Source: Eutreptiella sp. 'Long Island Sound 2002' | Lineage: Eukaryota > Protista > Euglenida | Length of the DNA stretch: 64,000 nt | NCBI GenBank assembly: GCA_964036045.1 | Contig: OZ038379.1 | Span: forward strand, 55,118,001 to 55,182,000 | Reading direction: 5' to 3' | Part shown: piece by piece, positions 37,103 to 49,715 of the stretch | How the letters are laid out: every line of letters starts with the position of its first letter | Numbering within the stretch: position 1 is the stretch's first letter | The notes under the pieces: model-generated | What the model was told of the DNA's origin: nothing | The model's input: the letters and a program-made list of their open reading frames with translations, nothing else | Databases searched by the model: none | Translations under genes and position numbers: made by a program

Positions 37103-38154
37103 TAGACTGGCAATCGCACGGTCTGCTTTCTTGTGCCTGGGGCCAAGTTTCAAATCGCATTGGTGAGGTTTTGTGTGTCCATCCTAGTTCTGTTGGGCAA
37201 CCCTCTGCACTTCTGTGTTACTTATTGTTATGTGCTCTCGCATGGCTTTCTATGTAATTGTTTCACCCTTTGCTGTGCCATGTGCACTATTATGGACCAA
37301 TTTGCAAAGTGGTCTGTTGAAAACTGGTTGACAAAAATCATCTGGCACTCTTGCTTTTTGCTCTGCATGTCTGTGCTATGGACTACAATGCCAGAGTCCA
37401 ACTGATCCGCATTTGTGTGCCTGTGTAGGAATGGACTGCAATCCCAGAGTCCAAGGTACCCCACGTGCTTTTCAATGGCACCAAAATGAATGAAGCATAA
37501 CCCAAAATAAAGGAGGCCAAGTGCCGCAAAAAAAAGATAGGAAATTTTTGACTCTTTCAACCAAAAACAGCGCACAAAATAATCGTTTTCCCCCAATTTT
37601 GCGTGCTGTCGCAAAAATTTTGCGAAAATGAAATTCAAAACACCCAAAGCGAAAATTGGGATTCCGCGAATCATTGATATTTGTACGGTGTTTGCAATCA
37701 TGACTTGAGGATTGGGACCGATTTCCACGGGAGTCATGCAGCCTTGTTTGAGCTTGGGGGTTATTGCAATACCTGGAATGGGTGTTTTCTGCGCCCCCTT
37801 CTCCCTGTTGCTGCCACCTTGCACGCAAGGGGTGAGTATCTCGGGGCGCATTACGCAATTTGGTACCTGGCCCAAGGCGGGTGCAGGGTGGCATCTGGGG
37901 CACTCATAGAAAGGGTGTCGTAATGGCCTTTTAGCACCTGGGAATCCGTTGCTGCTATCTAAGTTTGTGCACCCAAAATCTTGCGCTACTAATATCCCTG
38001 TGGTGTTTTGGTCGCCCACCCTACAACTTCGGGGTGCCAGGTGAGTTTGCTGCAACCTCCGGGGAGGGGTGGTGCAGCTAAGACACCACCTGTTGCAGAG
38101 TCCCCTCTAAGTGGTTCCGGTCTGTGCTACATTCGTTCTCTGTCATAAAAGTGT

Positions 38155-38285
38155 TACAATGGTGTGGCGTGGTTTGGTGTGGTGTGGTGTGGTGTGGCGT
38201 GATGTTGTGTGGCACAGTGTGATGTGGTGTGATGCAATGTGCTGTGTGGTGTACTCATGCTGCTCAGCAGCGTGGTGTAATGTGC
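38155..38285 (+). repeat. Degenerate (TGTGG)n microsatellite
   Basis: ggtgtggtgtggtgtggtgtggcgtgatg.. Confidence 0.8.
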
Positions 38286-39009
38286 CCTCTCAAATTTGAT
38301 ATGCTTTCCATCTCAGATTGCTGTGTGGTCAACTCAAGAAGAAGTGGCACCTTTTGGTGAGTATGTTGGTTGGATGCAGTGTTATGTGTGCCGTGTGAAT
38401 GTGGTGCCCACTGGATTTGCCATATGAATGTGCTGCCCCCTGGATTGGCAGTCAGGACCCCTCCTATGACAATGGTCCTTGACAAATATGTTTCTACTGG
38501 CCTTCTTCTCATATTAGTGACCTTCACACTTGTGCTCCTCCACTTTACAGCACTGTGGCAAACCCAAGTTTTGGCGGTTCGAAAGTCTGAGTCTGCACGG
38601 CATGTGCGATGCGTGCGTGGTGTTGTAGTCGTGACAAGGTCTCCCTTGACTATGAAAAAAAAATAGATCTGAAATCAGGAGATCCATCGTAGTTGAACGT
38701 TGCGATACAAGCCAGAAATCCGCAAAATCCGCCACGATTCCTGCTGCGGGGGTGTACCTGCACGTGCATGCAGTGTGAACTCTCCCCCTAAGTGTTTGTG
38801 ACAAGATTGGTATGGTGTAGATGTGGGTTCCTGGTACTTAAAGCTCTCGGTGAGACACCTCACTTTTGTAATATGAAACGGTCATGTAGCTCAGTGAGGA
38901 AGAACCAATCTGAAGACCCATGTTCAAGACGATGGGCTGCCCAAGTCTTGGTGGTTTATTGAGTTGATATTGCCGTTGCATATGGTCCAGAGGCTTTGTT
39001 GCTTTGTGT

Positions 39010-39430
39010 TATAGTGGCCTCTGTGCACTCTGCATGATAAACACCACGCACTGTTATCCCCATACACTCGGCACTGTGACCCTTGTGTGCTCTGCACTGC
39101 TGCGGATGTGCACTCTGAAATTCTACCCCTATGCCTTCTACACCCACCCCTGTGTGCTCTGCACTGTGACCCCTATGGGCACGGTGCACTATGATTTCTG
39201 CGCGCTCTGCCCTGTAACCGGTCTCCGATCAACCCCGTGCATTTTGAGGGCTATGCAATGTGCAATTCGGCCCTGTTTCACATTGCACCGTGCCTCCCCC
39301 CTCCCCGGTGCATTTTACACCATTGCCAACGTTGGCTTTGCACTGTGAACCCGTGTGTGCTCTTGCGCTCTACCCAATGTGCACCTTGCACATCAACACT
39401 GGTCATTCTGCACTGTGACCCCCTGTGCAT
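39010..39430 (+). repeat. CTCTGCACTGTGACCC-type short tandem repeats (second block about 52905-53050)
   Basis: Recurrent gcactgtgaccc / tgcactctgc units; both blocks abut the CGCGAC-A/T tract repeat. Confidence 0.7.
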
Positions 39431-39839
39431 GTCAGGTGTAAGTCGCTATTTTTTTTTTTTGGCGCTGGTCGCGTGCCATAGCATTTTCAATTTTTTCCAC
39501 AGGTGAAGTATGCCAGAAAAAAAGTGCACGCGACCTGTGCTATTTTTTTGTTACGCGACTTACATCCAAAAAAAAAGTGCATGTGACCACAACAACAAAG
39601 GATACGAAAAAAATACACGCTTTGCACTTTTTTGTTATGCACCCTACACCCCAAAAATATAGCAGTACGCGCGACCTGCATCCAAGAAATAAGTACACCC
39701 GGCCTATGCCAAAAACAAAAACTCCCATGTTTTGGTGTGGCCCCTCGAGTTGGGGTGGTGGCCCCCGAGACGGCACAAAGTTGTTAACCTTCTAGTGGTA
39801 TTGAGGATAACTGCTTCACAGTCTTCTTCTCCACATTGG

Positions 39840-40020
39840 AGCCCCCTCGAGTTCGGGTTAAGGACTCCCACGCTTTGGCATGGCCCCTTGAAACGGGGTT
39901 AAGGACTGCCACGCTTCCGTGTGGCCCCTTGAGCCGGGGTTTCAGGAACCCCACGATTTAGCGTAGCCCCTTGAGTTGGCGTCAAGGATTCCCAAGCTTT
40001 GGTGTGGCCCCTCGAGCTGG
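39840..40020 (+). repeat. About 40-bp minisatellite, 5 copies
   Basis: GCCCCT(C/T)GA(G/A) anchors at roughly 40-41-bp spacing followed by gggttaaggact-like text. Confidence 0.7.
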
Positions 40021-40209
40021 ATGTGGCAACAAGGTCAGACCATTCTTGAGGCTGCCATTTTTTTTATGCAGGAGATGCCTTCAATTTTCATCAGCGGGAA
40101 ATGTAAAAAAAAAGGGGGACACAACGGTGAACCGGTAAAGGTGTATCCCCTTGTTGATGCCTCAACGCCACGGGGGGGGGGGGGCGGACTCCGCGGGTCC
40201 TAGGACGCC

Positions 40210-41470
40210 AACTACCCCTGCCCCCCCCCCCCCCCATAAATGCCATATGTTTATGGCATTTACAAGGCGGAGAAGAGAGACCTCAGATGGATTAGTTGGG
40301 ACCAGGAAACAAGATGCAACAAATGAAGGCAAACGAGAGGGCAGTATAGCGGGAGTGGGGGATGCATTGGTGCAAACACTAAAATAGGTGTGCATGACAC
40401 TGAAGAAGGGTGTACAGTGGCGGGAATAGGGAAGGCCAAAAAGGGTGTGGTGGATAGACAACGTAGAGGAGTTCATCGAACCAATAAGGTACGAGGAAAG
40501 ATTGGTGGCAGAGTGCAAAGCCTCGGCATAGGTGGGAGATTTTGTGGGTATGTACCCCAACATGGACCAAAAGTATGTACTGAAATATATCCTGGAAGCC
40601 ATTGAAGAGGCGTGGAGCTGGGAGTAGCAACAGGAGGAAGAGGGATAAGGAAGAGGGGAGAACGAGGAATTTAGGGTAGGGCTAAGCGGATGGCTCTATA
40701 GGGAACAAGGAGTGGCAGGGAAGGGTTGGAGCAAACAACAGGTCTTGAACATGGTACAGTGGGTGCTGCAAAATGGGTACATGAAGCAGGGAGGGAGGAT
40801 ATACAAACAAACACGCGGGTTCAAGATGGCGTTCAAGTGTGCACTCTTTCTTGCCAACTTAGGTTCCTGCGGGAAGGAGAAGAGGTATGCGGAGCAGGAG
40901 GGCAGGAAAGGCGGAGGAGGTGGAACACAATTACCGGGATGTTGACGACATGTTCACCCTCATAGGATCCATTCCGTCAAAGCAGGAGTACCAACCAAAA
41001 GAAAGGTGAAAAGAGTGGTGGACAATGATGGACACTTAGTCTTTATAGCGGCGGACGTGTGGTGGGAGGAAGACGAGGAGGGCAAAATGAGATTCTCCAC
41101 AGGGGTGTATTTTAGGGATTGGAGCTACCCCATCACCATCAGAAGGTACCTAGTGCAAGAGAGTGTCGTTGTTGACACCCATAGCCCGGGGCGCTGACAG
41201 GACAATATGCGCGGCCCATCAAAATTTGCTCCATAGTGAGGAGGCTCAAAGAGTCCGTACAAAAGGTTATGGTAGCGGCGATGAGAGGCTACGGCATGAG
41301 GGAACAGAAAAGAACGTGGAACAAGTTCCTGAGGCTATGGTGGGGGGCACAGGTGGTGGCCATGGAGGTGACGGAAGTATGGTTTGGGAGGATGACCAAG
41401 TGGGTGAGGGTGGAAGTGCAAAAGGAGCAGGTGAAGACAAGAGGGTGTTGGGATGGCTGGGATCGCAGAA
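40210..41470 (+). pseudogene. Penelope-like element reverse transcriptase remnant
   Basis: WIDNVEEFIE, GDFVGMYPNMD, RIYKQTRGFKMA..LFLANL, YRDVDDMF, LVFIAADV; stops and frameshifts; no GIY-YIG endonuclease recognised. Confidence 0.8.
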
Positions 41471-43982
41471 AGACGAAATGTCCCTATGCACACACACAAA
41501 GACCAACTAACAAAAACTTGGGAGCAATCTCCCGGGACTTAGCACCACAACCACGGCCACAATCGGAGACAACCCAATGCAAGCAAGACAACCATCACCA
41601 GGGTTGAATGATAGAGGACGAAGAAATGTAGGGTTCTTACACAAAATGGGACAACAATGGGGCTAGCATGAAATAGTGGTGAAGGTGAACATGAGAGAAT
41701 TAGCGACAGGTTGGAGGAAACAGAGGTTGGAGCACAATCAGAAGCGTTGGAGGGAAGGAGCAAGCGACGGAATGGAGGAGGAGAAGAAACCGTCGACAGC
41801 ACGGGCAACAATGAGCGAGAAGGAGAGGGGAAAGAATGGGGCACACTGAGTGGTGGGAGATGCAAAAAAGCACGAAGGGGAGGAAGGGACAAGAGGAGAG
41901 GAGGAACAGCAAGAATCTACAACACAGTCACAAGAAGCCCAAGGAGTGAGCAAAGGAAGAGAATCACTGTTTCAGCAGCACCTTGAGGACCACAATGACA
42001 AGGAGCAAGACAATCAACAAGACATAGAAGAAGGCGGAAATGAGAACAACCAGCAAAGCCCAAGCGACAATGGAGGGCAGAGAGATCAAGAGAACCAAAA
42101 AGACCAAGGCTAATTGCACCGGTACAAAGAGTGTGAAGAAGAGCAAGCATGGGCAAAACACACAACCCCAAAAACAAACTCGGCCCAAAGGGGACAACAG
42201 GAAACCAAGGAAGACGAGAAAAAGTGTGCATTGGAAATGCAGTAGGACCCGCCGCCAGTGGACCATGGCAGTTACACCCCAGGTAGGACACCGAAACGAA
42301 ACCATGGAGTTGTTGTTGGGGGACAAAACAACCACGGGACTACGGGTTGAAGGACTCATAATTTCCCCGCATGAGCGGCAAGCAGAAACAGAGTGCGTTG
42401 TCGGAGATAGGGAGCTACAGGGGGCGATTCAGTGGGGAAGGGACATGGGAGGTTGTCTGTTAGGGTGGGTGCCAACACACTCCAATCACGTGCCACTGCT
42501 CTCGGCACAAGACGTTTGTTCCACAAACACGCTCGGGATACTCTTAACTAGGCCTGCAGATCGACCTCTGCAAAAACCCGTGGCGGGACTGCTACCGGCT
42601 CCACCTCCATGTTAGTTCTCAGCTTCTGTGTTTTCAGCCGTACTCGCCTCACTTTCCACTAGCAATACTTGGGCCTTTCGATCTTGCACTTCTTCAATTA
42701 TTTCCCTACACCCTTCCAAGTCCCCTTGTTTCATTCCGACCAAGTGCACTCCCTGGCCGACCTCTAGGTCTGCCCGTGAGTCATGTGATCCCGCGCCCAT
42801 TGTGGTCTCCCTTGCTGCTCCGCCTGCTTTCCTTGGCTCTCTTGTCCTGTTCTCGTGCCTCTTCCGCTCCTCTTGTTTTGGTGGTCTCTTCCTTACTCTA
42901 CCGTGGGCTTCCTCTAAACTCTTCCCACCTATGGTGCTATTCTCGTGCCCTTTCCCCGCCATCACGCCTTGGGTGGTGGACGAAATCCGCCTCTTCTTCC
43001 TTGACGGCGATGTTCTTGTCTTTTTGCTGTTCCTTCACCTCTTTTTGGCCGCTTCGTTGTGGTCTTCTCCTGCCGACGCCGTTGTCGTTGCTTGTCTATC
43101 CCCTCCAACCATTTTTGCACCTGTGCTTTCTTGCACTTACATTGGAACCCACGCTTCTCCTTGAGCACTTTTAAAACTTAGGCTACTGTGTACCTTGCAC
43201 ACTGCACATGGATTGAATGCCCTTGGCCACACTGTACTGCCCCTTGGCCCCTCCGCACTGGTCTTTGGCAGAGCCCACACACGTGCTTGGGCCCTGCCCA
43301 TCCTGCGCTCCCTTTCTTTTTCTAGGACTAGTGCTGTGGTCCCAAGGTTGTAGCCGCCCCTGCCGACCATGTGTCTACTTACGTATTTGTGGAGTTTGAT
43401 GTGTCTTGATGTCCGGAGTTTGCTGTTTTCTAATCTAAGGAGTCTGATGTCTCTTGATCTGTGTCGTCTGTTGTGTCTGCTGACATCATGTCCTATACAT
43501 GGGGCTCCCTCTTCCCCTCTCCCTGATCGCCCCTCTCCTCTCTCACTGTTTCACTGGGGGCATGTTGCGTGGTTGTGCCCTCTGGTTCCTCTGTAACCTG
43601 AGTGTTGGGGCTCCCTTCTGCCCTCCAACCGCGGTCCCCTTCCTCTATACCGGGTCCCGCGGTCCCTTGCTGTGTTGCTCCCCCTTGTTGCATCCACCAT
43701 TTGTTCTGCCCCAGCAGTTGACACTTGGCTCCGTGTGCAGTGATGATGATCTTCAACTCATATTGTTCCTTGGTAACTGGATGTGGCTGGTCATCCTCCC
43801 ACACTCCCTCCAAGTGTTGGTGGTAGTCATGGGCGGACCCCGGGTGCCCTTCGTGCCTTTGTTACCGATCTAGCGGCTGCCTCTAGTTCTTCCTGGCTCA
43901 CCTTGTAGGCTTTCACGGTGCTAGCCACCCCACAGCCCCCTATGCGGATCGAGCTTTGGACCATGGCTACTGGTGCCCCTCC

Positions 43983-44150
43983 CTCTCAGAGGATAGACCC
44001 CAAGGGGTCACACCTGGGGCAACCAAGGAGAAGGTCAAGGGGGCATACAAGAAGATGGTACTCAAACCACACCCAAACCAAAACAAGAACAACCAACAGA
44101 AAGCAAAATTTTTTTCAAGCGGTTGAACTCAACATATGAAAACTTGAGGA
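43983..44150 (+). pseudogene. DnaJ J-domain remnant
   Basis: GVTPGATKEKVKGAYKKMVLKPHPNQNKNNQQKAK, then a frameshift at a T7 run, then FKRLNSTYENL; HPD motif appears as HPN. Confidence 0.7.
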
Positions 44151-45808
44151 GTCATATGGACACCAGATGGGTGTGCAGGGCACAACCAACTAGCGCCACA
44201 ACCACACTACACGAACGTTCAGTTCAAGGCGACAAACTTTAGGTCGAACTTTTGTGAACAAAATGAGCCGCACGTGGAGACCCCACAACGGGCGTAGCAA
44301 CAAAGCTGGGAAGAAGATAGAGGGGACCAAGGGGCAGAATAGACGGGGAGTTGGTGGCTGTCGGGAGCAAGGAAAAGCGGACGGGTGGAGCCGTAGCCGA
44401 CAAGGGCACCGCCACCATAGGGATACAACACAACTACGACTAAAATGCTATTTTTTGGGGGGGAAATTCACCTGGTGCATAGCAGACCTACTCAAGCTAC
44501 AAGGCTACCACATTTGCAGGGAAAGGAAGAGACCGGGGTGGACAAGAGACAACCCAAATGGAGGAAGACGAATGTACCTCCTGGTACCCGTAAGAGTCTA
44601 CCTAGTCCCATTAGTTGCAGGCTGTGCGTGGGTACCGGAGGAAAGGATACGGGCCGCCTGAAGCATTTTTTGTGGGAGAAGGGATACAATGGAAGTCTCA
44701 ATGAGGCTCATGGCCCACCTAAACTAGGCTAACATCATAGCAGCACAACTGGGGTTGAGAACGTATGAGCACTAACTCACACAGTGACACAGAACACCAC
44801 ACACTACAACAAACACTTGGGGACACGAAGATGTGGGGGAGATGAGACAGTGGCAGGACACCAACGTTGGCGGTGACCGAACCACAAGTGATCCGGCAAC
44901 CGGGGGTCATTGGTCACCAACGGCGGACACAACCCCATCAGGACTAAGAGATTGAGACTCATTTGGTTGCGAGTGCCGAACAACACGCCACAACAACCAC
45001 TTAGGTGCAAGGAGAGGTGGGGGGGACGAGAGAGTGGTAGGGCACTGATGTTGGCGGCGACCAAGCGACGCCTGATCCGGCAAGTAAGGGAGAGGGTCAG
45101 CGACGGCGGACGGAGCCCCGTCAGGACTCGACAATCGAGACGGATTTGGTCGCCAATGCCACACGAAACCACATCAACAGCAGCAACGCCGACACCACTC
45201 CGAACCCCCCCCCCCCTTTGCACCACACCCCAGCGACAACCCCTGCATCCGCCAACGCCGCACCAACACCGACACCAACAATGGCGGAGTGCGCTCACCC
45301 ATGAAACAACAATGGAGGGCAGCCCAAGACATCAAAGGATAGCCTAGAGAAGACGCCTGGGCACCGCCGGCCGTGGGTGATGAGCTAACAGGCACTTTAT
45401 AGAGCAGGGGGGGAGGTTGTTGACTCCTCCCTCTCCTCAGCTGCGGGGACACGTACGAACAGGAACTGGCCCGGGTCCCGAACTCTTAGGCTGGCAGTGG
45501 CCGATACGTGCCTGGTCTACCACCGGTGCGACAGCTAAGACCCTCATGCCGACAAATAGCATGCAACTACGCCCAGGACAAACTAGGATGTGGGGGCCGT
45601 CAGAAGCAAGTGGCCAAAACCGCCCACACCAAGCACACCGACACCAACAAGGAGCCGCCTTGAGCCCAGATCTCCCTCCCCAAGGGAAACGAGGGGGCAC
45701 GGTGCGACGAACCCCCTCCCAGTCCTCTTCCCCCTGCCCCTCCTCTACCCAAGACGTTCCCTAAGACCCTTTTTTTTTTCCTTTCAAGGAACGTTGGTGG
45801 TTGGGTTA

Positions 45809-46942
45809 CCCTAAACTATCCCGGACCCCCGTGAGGGGTTTTTTCTCATTGGCCTGGCGAGGGCACTTTTTAAACCCGTGTTCAGGGACCCCCGAGAACG
45901 CAGGGGTTACGTAGCATTTCCGCCCTCTTTTGGGCCCCCGAGAAGGCAGGGTTGAGGCAACCACTTCTGATTTTGTTCCCCTTTGTTGGGGACCACTTCT
46001 GATTTTACTCCCCCTGCTTGGCGTTGGGGATCCCCGAGAATGCAGGGGTGACATAGCATTTCCGCCCTCTTTTGGGCCCCCGAGAAGGCAGGGGTGAGGT
46101 GGCCACTATGGATTGTTTCAATATGATGTGGATGCCGCAACTGCCAGATCTATGCAAGATGGCTCCATGCATGAGTGGATGTTGTGTGAACTTAGGGTTG
46201 TTTGCCACAGGTATAGTTTGTCTTTTGGAGAGAACAAGGCAGATGTGTTGGCACGTGTTCTCAGCCATGTTGCAAGCAAGCAAGTATATATCATTCATGC
46301 ACGGGCTACGCAGGGTTTCGGTTGATTACAAAATTAGTGAGCATGAATAGTGTGAAATTGGTCCATGTTGGTTTGCATCTTTGTGCTAGGGACAACAATC
46401 CCAGAGTCAAACGGATCCACATGTGTATGCCAGTGTAGGAATGGACTGCTATCCCAGAGTCCGGGGCACCCAAGGGAGAAGAGTGCCAACACCCAGCCGG
46501 GAACAACCGATTTGGGGTTTTGGGTGTAACACCCTATTTCATTTGTGTTTTAGAAGTAGGGAATGTCGTGCCTCTTCCCCCTCCCTACAACAACCCGCTC
46601 CCCTGTCACCCAATGCCACCAAGGGCAGAAATAAGGGAGAGGATGGTCAAGAAAGTGGGCAAGCTCAAAGGGGGGAACAGAGGAAGGTAACAAGACATGG
46701 CAGACAACACTCGCCAAAAACCGTGCAGAGTGCAGAAGGAGGAGAAGGAAAGGAAAAATGGGAAGGAATCGTTGTGGTTGTTAGAAGCCCGTGTCAGGAA
46801 AACTACCCTGCATGTGCACAACCCAGCGCGTACAAGTCAGTGCTGGAGTCGGCAAACCCACCAAGGACTCGGAGTGTGCATCTTCATGCACCTCGTCAAC
46901 GGCATGGGCAACAACCCCTCTCCGGGACAGCTACACTTAGGG
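45809..46942. mobile_element. 1,134-bp non-autonomous TIR element with TA duplication
   Basis: Left CCCTAAACTATCCCGGA vs right reverse complement CCCTAAGTGTAGCTGTCCCGGA (5-nt indel); TA at 45807-08 and 46943-44; carries 103-bp minisatellite units. Confidence 0.65.
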
Positions 46943-47240
46943 TAGTCAACCACAACTAGTTATTGAGGGGCTCTGTTGACACTACCATAACACGTTTGGG
47001 CCCATAGAGGGTCAGAATGAGCAGTGGCGAGAGGCCAAAAGGCACCGCCCAAGGCAAACAATCAGATACGGAGGCCTTGTGCCACCCCCCTCCCCCTCCC
47101 AGGGGCCCCCTTCCAACAATTATTTGCCACAAGTTGCCCTTCAGGAGCCCATGGGCGCCAAAGGCACCCAACGGTCCATGGGCACCAAACGCACCCAAAG
47201 TCAAAATTTGTCCATTTTGCACCCCAACAATATCCTTAAA

Positions 47241-47395
47241 CCCAACCATGACCCTAACGCCCACACCAACCCTCAGCCTAGTCCTAACCCTACACCTACC
47301 CCTACCCCCAGCCCTGACTCTAACCCTAATCCAAACCCTAGCCCTAACTAACCCTAACCCTCATCCTAGCTGTAACCCTAGCCCTAGCCCGAATG
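47241..47395 (+). repeat. Degenerate interstitial (CCCTAA)n telomere-like repeat
   Basis: accctaac, tcctaacccta, taaccctaat, ccctaactaaccctaaccc, taaccctagccctagccc; short TTAGGG-like tract at about 47531-47556. Confidence 0.7.
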
Positions 47396-48599
47396 CTAGG
47401 CTATGGTCAGAGGTATTGTTGGGGTCCAGACTGGGAGCAAGGATGTGGCAAAAGCAAGTATGAACGAAATTCGGGGAATCTTGTTCACCCTAATCAGCAT
47501 GGCCGGCATGGCTGAACCAGGTTGTAGCAAAGGTTAGCGTTAGGTTTAGGGTGATGGTATGACTAGAGGGAGGGCAAGGGGAGGTAAGGGGAGCCTATGA
47601 TTGACCCATGCTTGGCCTCTCGGGCAGTTGTCCCCCAAATTGCCCCACCTAGACCCCTCCGCCCCAACCAACCCTGCTGGACCCTCCCCCCCGCAACCCC
47701 CCCCCCCCCAGCCCCGCGCCGCATCGCCTCTCCCAGAACCAACCCCCCCCCCAAGCCCCCCGCCCCTCTCTCTCCCAAAACCACTGGTGGTCGCGGTGGG
47801 TGAGGGGAATGGCTCGTTGTGGGTCTGCGTCTCGCTTAGTTCGTTAGTAGCGATACGCTGTCAACCCGCCCCACAGTGGCAAGTGGAGGACGTGGGGGGG
47901 ACTCCATTGTTTGTGGGGGAGCGTGTCCAAAATAGCACACTTGGCACCACACTGTGATCACTGAGTGCCCCACACTCTGTCGTTCCATCCTCCGTTGGTT
48001 CCTCTACCTCGCTTCCAGTTCGTGTTCGTGCTGCCTCCTGACCCGCCTTGCCCTGCCCCCTTGCCCGTGCCTCACCCTACCCGACTTGCCCCCAGTGTGC
48101 ACCAGGGAGAGGGACCCACGCCCCGCTGTGAGTTGGTTTCGGCCGCCGGGAGCGGCCCAGCTAGAGTACAAGCTGGGAGGTGCATGCATGCCCCGCCACG
48201 GTGAGTTCAGCAACCGAGCTGCTGGCACAACCCATGCGACAACGGGGCTTGGGCCCCTGTTGTGATCTGCCCCGACGCTCGTGGCACGGGTTAGGGCAAT
48301 CATGTACTTGCTGTGGACGTGTGGACCATGTTGTACTTGCTCTCATACCCCCCCCCCCCCCCCCCGCCCTGTGCATAGTCCTCTCCTTTGCATAGTATGT
48401 GGGATTGCCACTTTCCCTTTTGTGCCTTACTCCGGCAGCTGGATATTGAGCTTCTCCTGCGGGTTGCTTGCTGGACAAGGTGGTTCGTCATGATGAACAG
48501 GCATGCGTCCCCACGGGCTGTTCCAGACTCGTTTTGTGGTTCACATGCCCTCGCGTCTCTTAAGCACCAGATACGGTGTGTGAAGGATGTGCCAATGCT

Positions 48600-49715
48600 T
48601 GCGTGAATGTGTGGCGGATTCTGCCACTGCATGCGTGCCTGTGTGGTAGTACATTGTGCAGCTACATGAGTGGCTATGTGGCAGATTATACACCTGCATG
48701 CAAGCATGTATGACGGATTATGCAATGGTATGCATGCATATGTTGCACATAATGCAACCGTATGCATGCTTGTGTGGCAGACTAAGCACTGCATGCATGC
48801 CAGTGCAGCAAATATAGCTTGTGTAGCACAGTATGTGACTGCGTGCGTACGTGTGTGACAGATTATGCGAATGTATTCATGCTTGTGTGGCATACACAAC
48901 CTGTGTAGCAGCGTATGATTCGCACACATACTTCCGTGGCAGATTATGCACATGTATTCATGCCAGTGTGGCAGATCCAGCGCGTGTAGCAGAATATGCG
49001 ACTACATGCCCTGCATGCATGCCTGTGTGGCAGATTATGCAACCGCATGTGTGGCAAATTCTGCAATTGAATGCATGCTTGTGTGGCAGATAGTGCAGTG
49101 TGTGCATGCTTGCATGGCAGATTATGCAACCACATGCATGCTTGAGTGGCGGGTTATGTAACTGGATGCATGCCCTTGTGGCACAAACCACTAGTAAAGC
49201 AAAATGTGGCAGATTGGGCAACCGCATGTGTGGCAGATTATGCGGCTGCATGCGTGCTAGTGTGGATAATGCAGCGCGTGCATGCCTGTGTGGCACATTG
49301 TTCGCCTGCATGCGTGCCTGTGTAGCAGATACAGCCCGCGTAGCAGAATATGTGGCTGCGTGCATACCTGTGTGTCACATTATGCAAATGTATTCATGCT
49401 TTTGTGGCACATACAACATTTGCAGTAGAATGTGCGACTGCATGCAGCTGCATGCCTGCCTGTGTGGCACAGAATGACGTTGATGCATGCCTGTGTGGCG
49501 GATTTTGCAACAGCGTGCATGCCTGTGTGGCAGATACAACATGTGTAGCGGCATATGTAACGGCATGCAACCGCGTGCAAGCATGTGTGGCGGATTATGT
49601 GATTGTATGCATGCATGTGTGGCAGACAGTGCGGTGCCTGAGTGGCAGATTATGCCACTTCATGCCTGCCTGTGGGGCATATCCAACTTGCGTAGCAGAT
49701 TATGCGACTACGTGC
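48600..49715 (+). repeat. 1.1-kb GTGGCAGATTATGC / GCATGCATGC satellite
   Basis: About 15 (g/t)gtggcagat-like anchors interleaved with gcatgc palindromes; explains the Cys/Ala-rich spurious ORFs. Confidence 0.85.

Noticed and set aside
37228-38055. 275-aa minus-strand ORF as a real gene
   Set aside because: No recognisable motifs; it overlaps dispersed-repeat sequence shared with about 34740-34900 and 46380-46480.
39700-45400. Hammerhead ribozyme expected near a Penelope-like element
   Set aside because: No CTGANGA..GAAA core with suitable stems found by eye; a covariance-model search is still needed.
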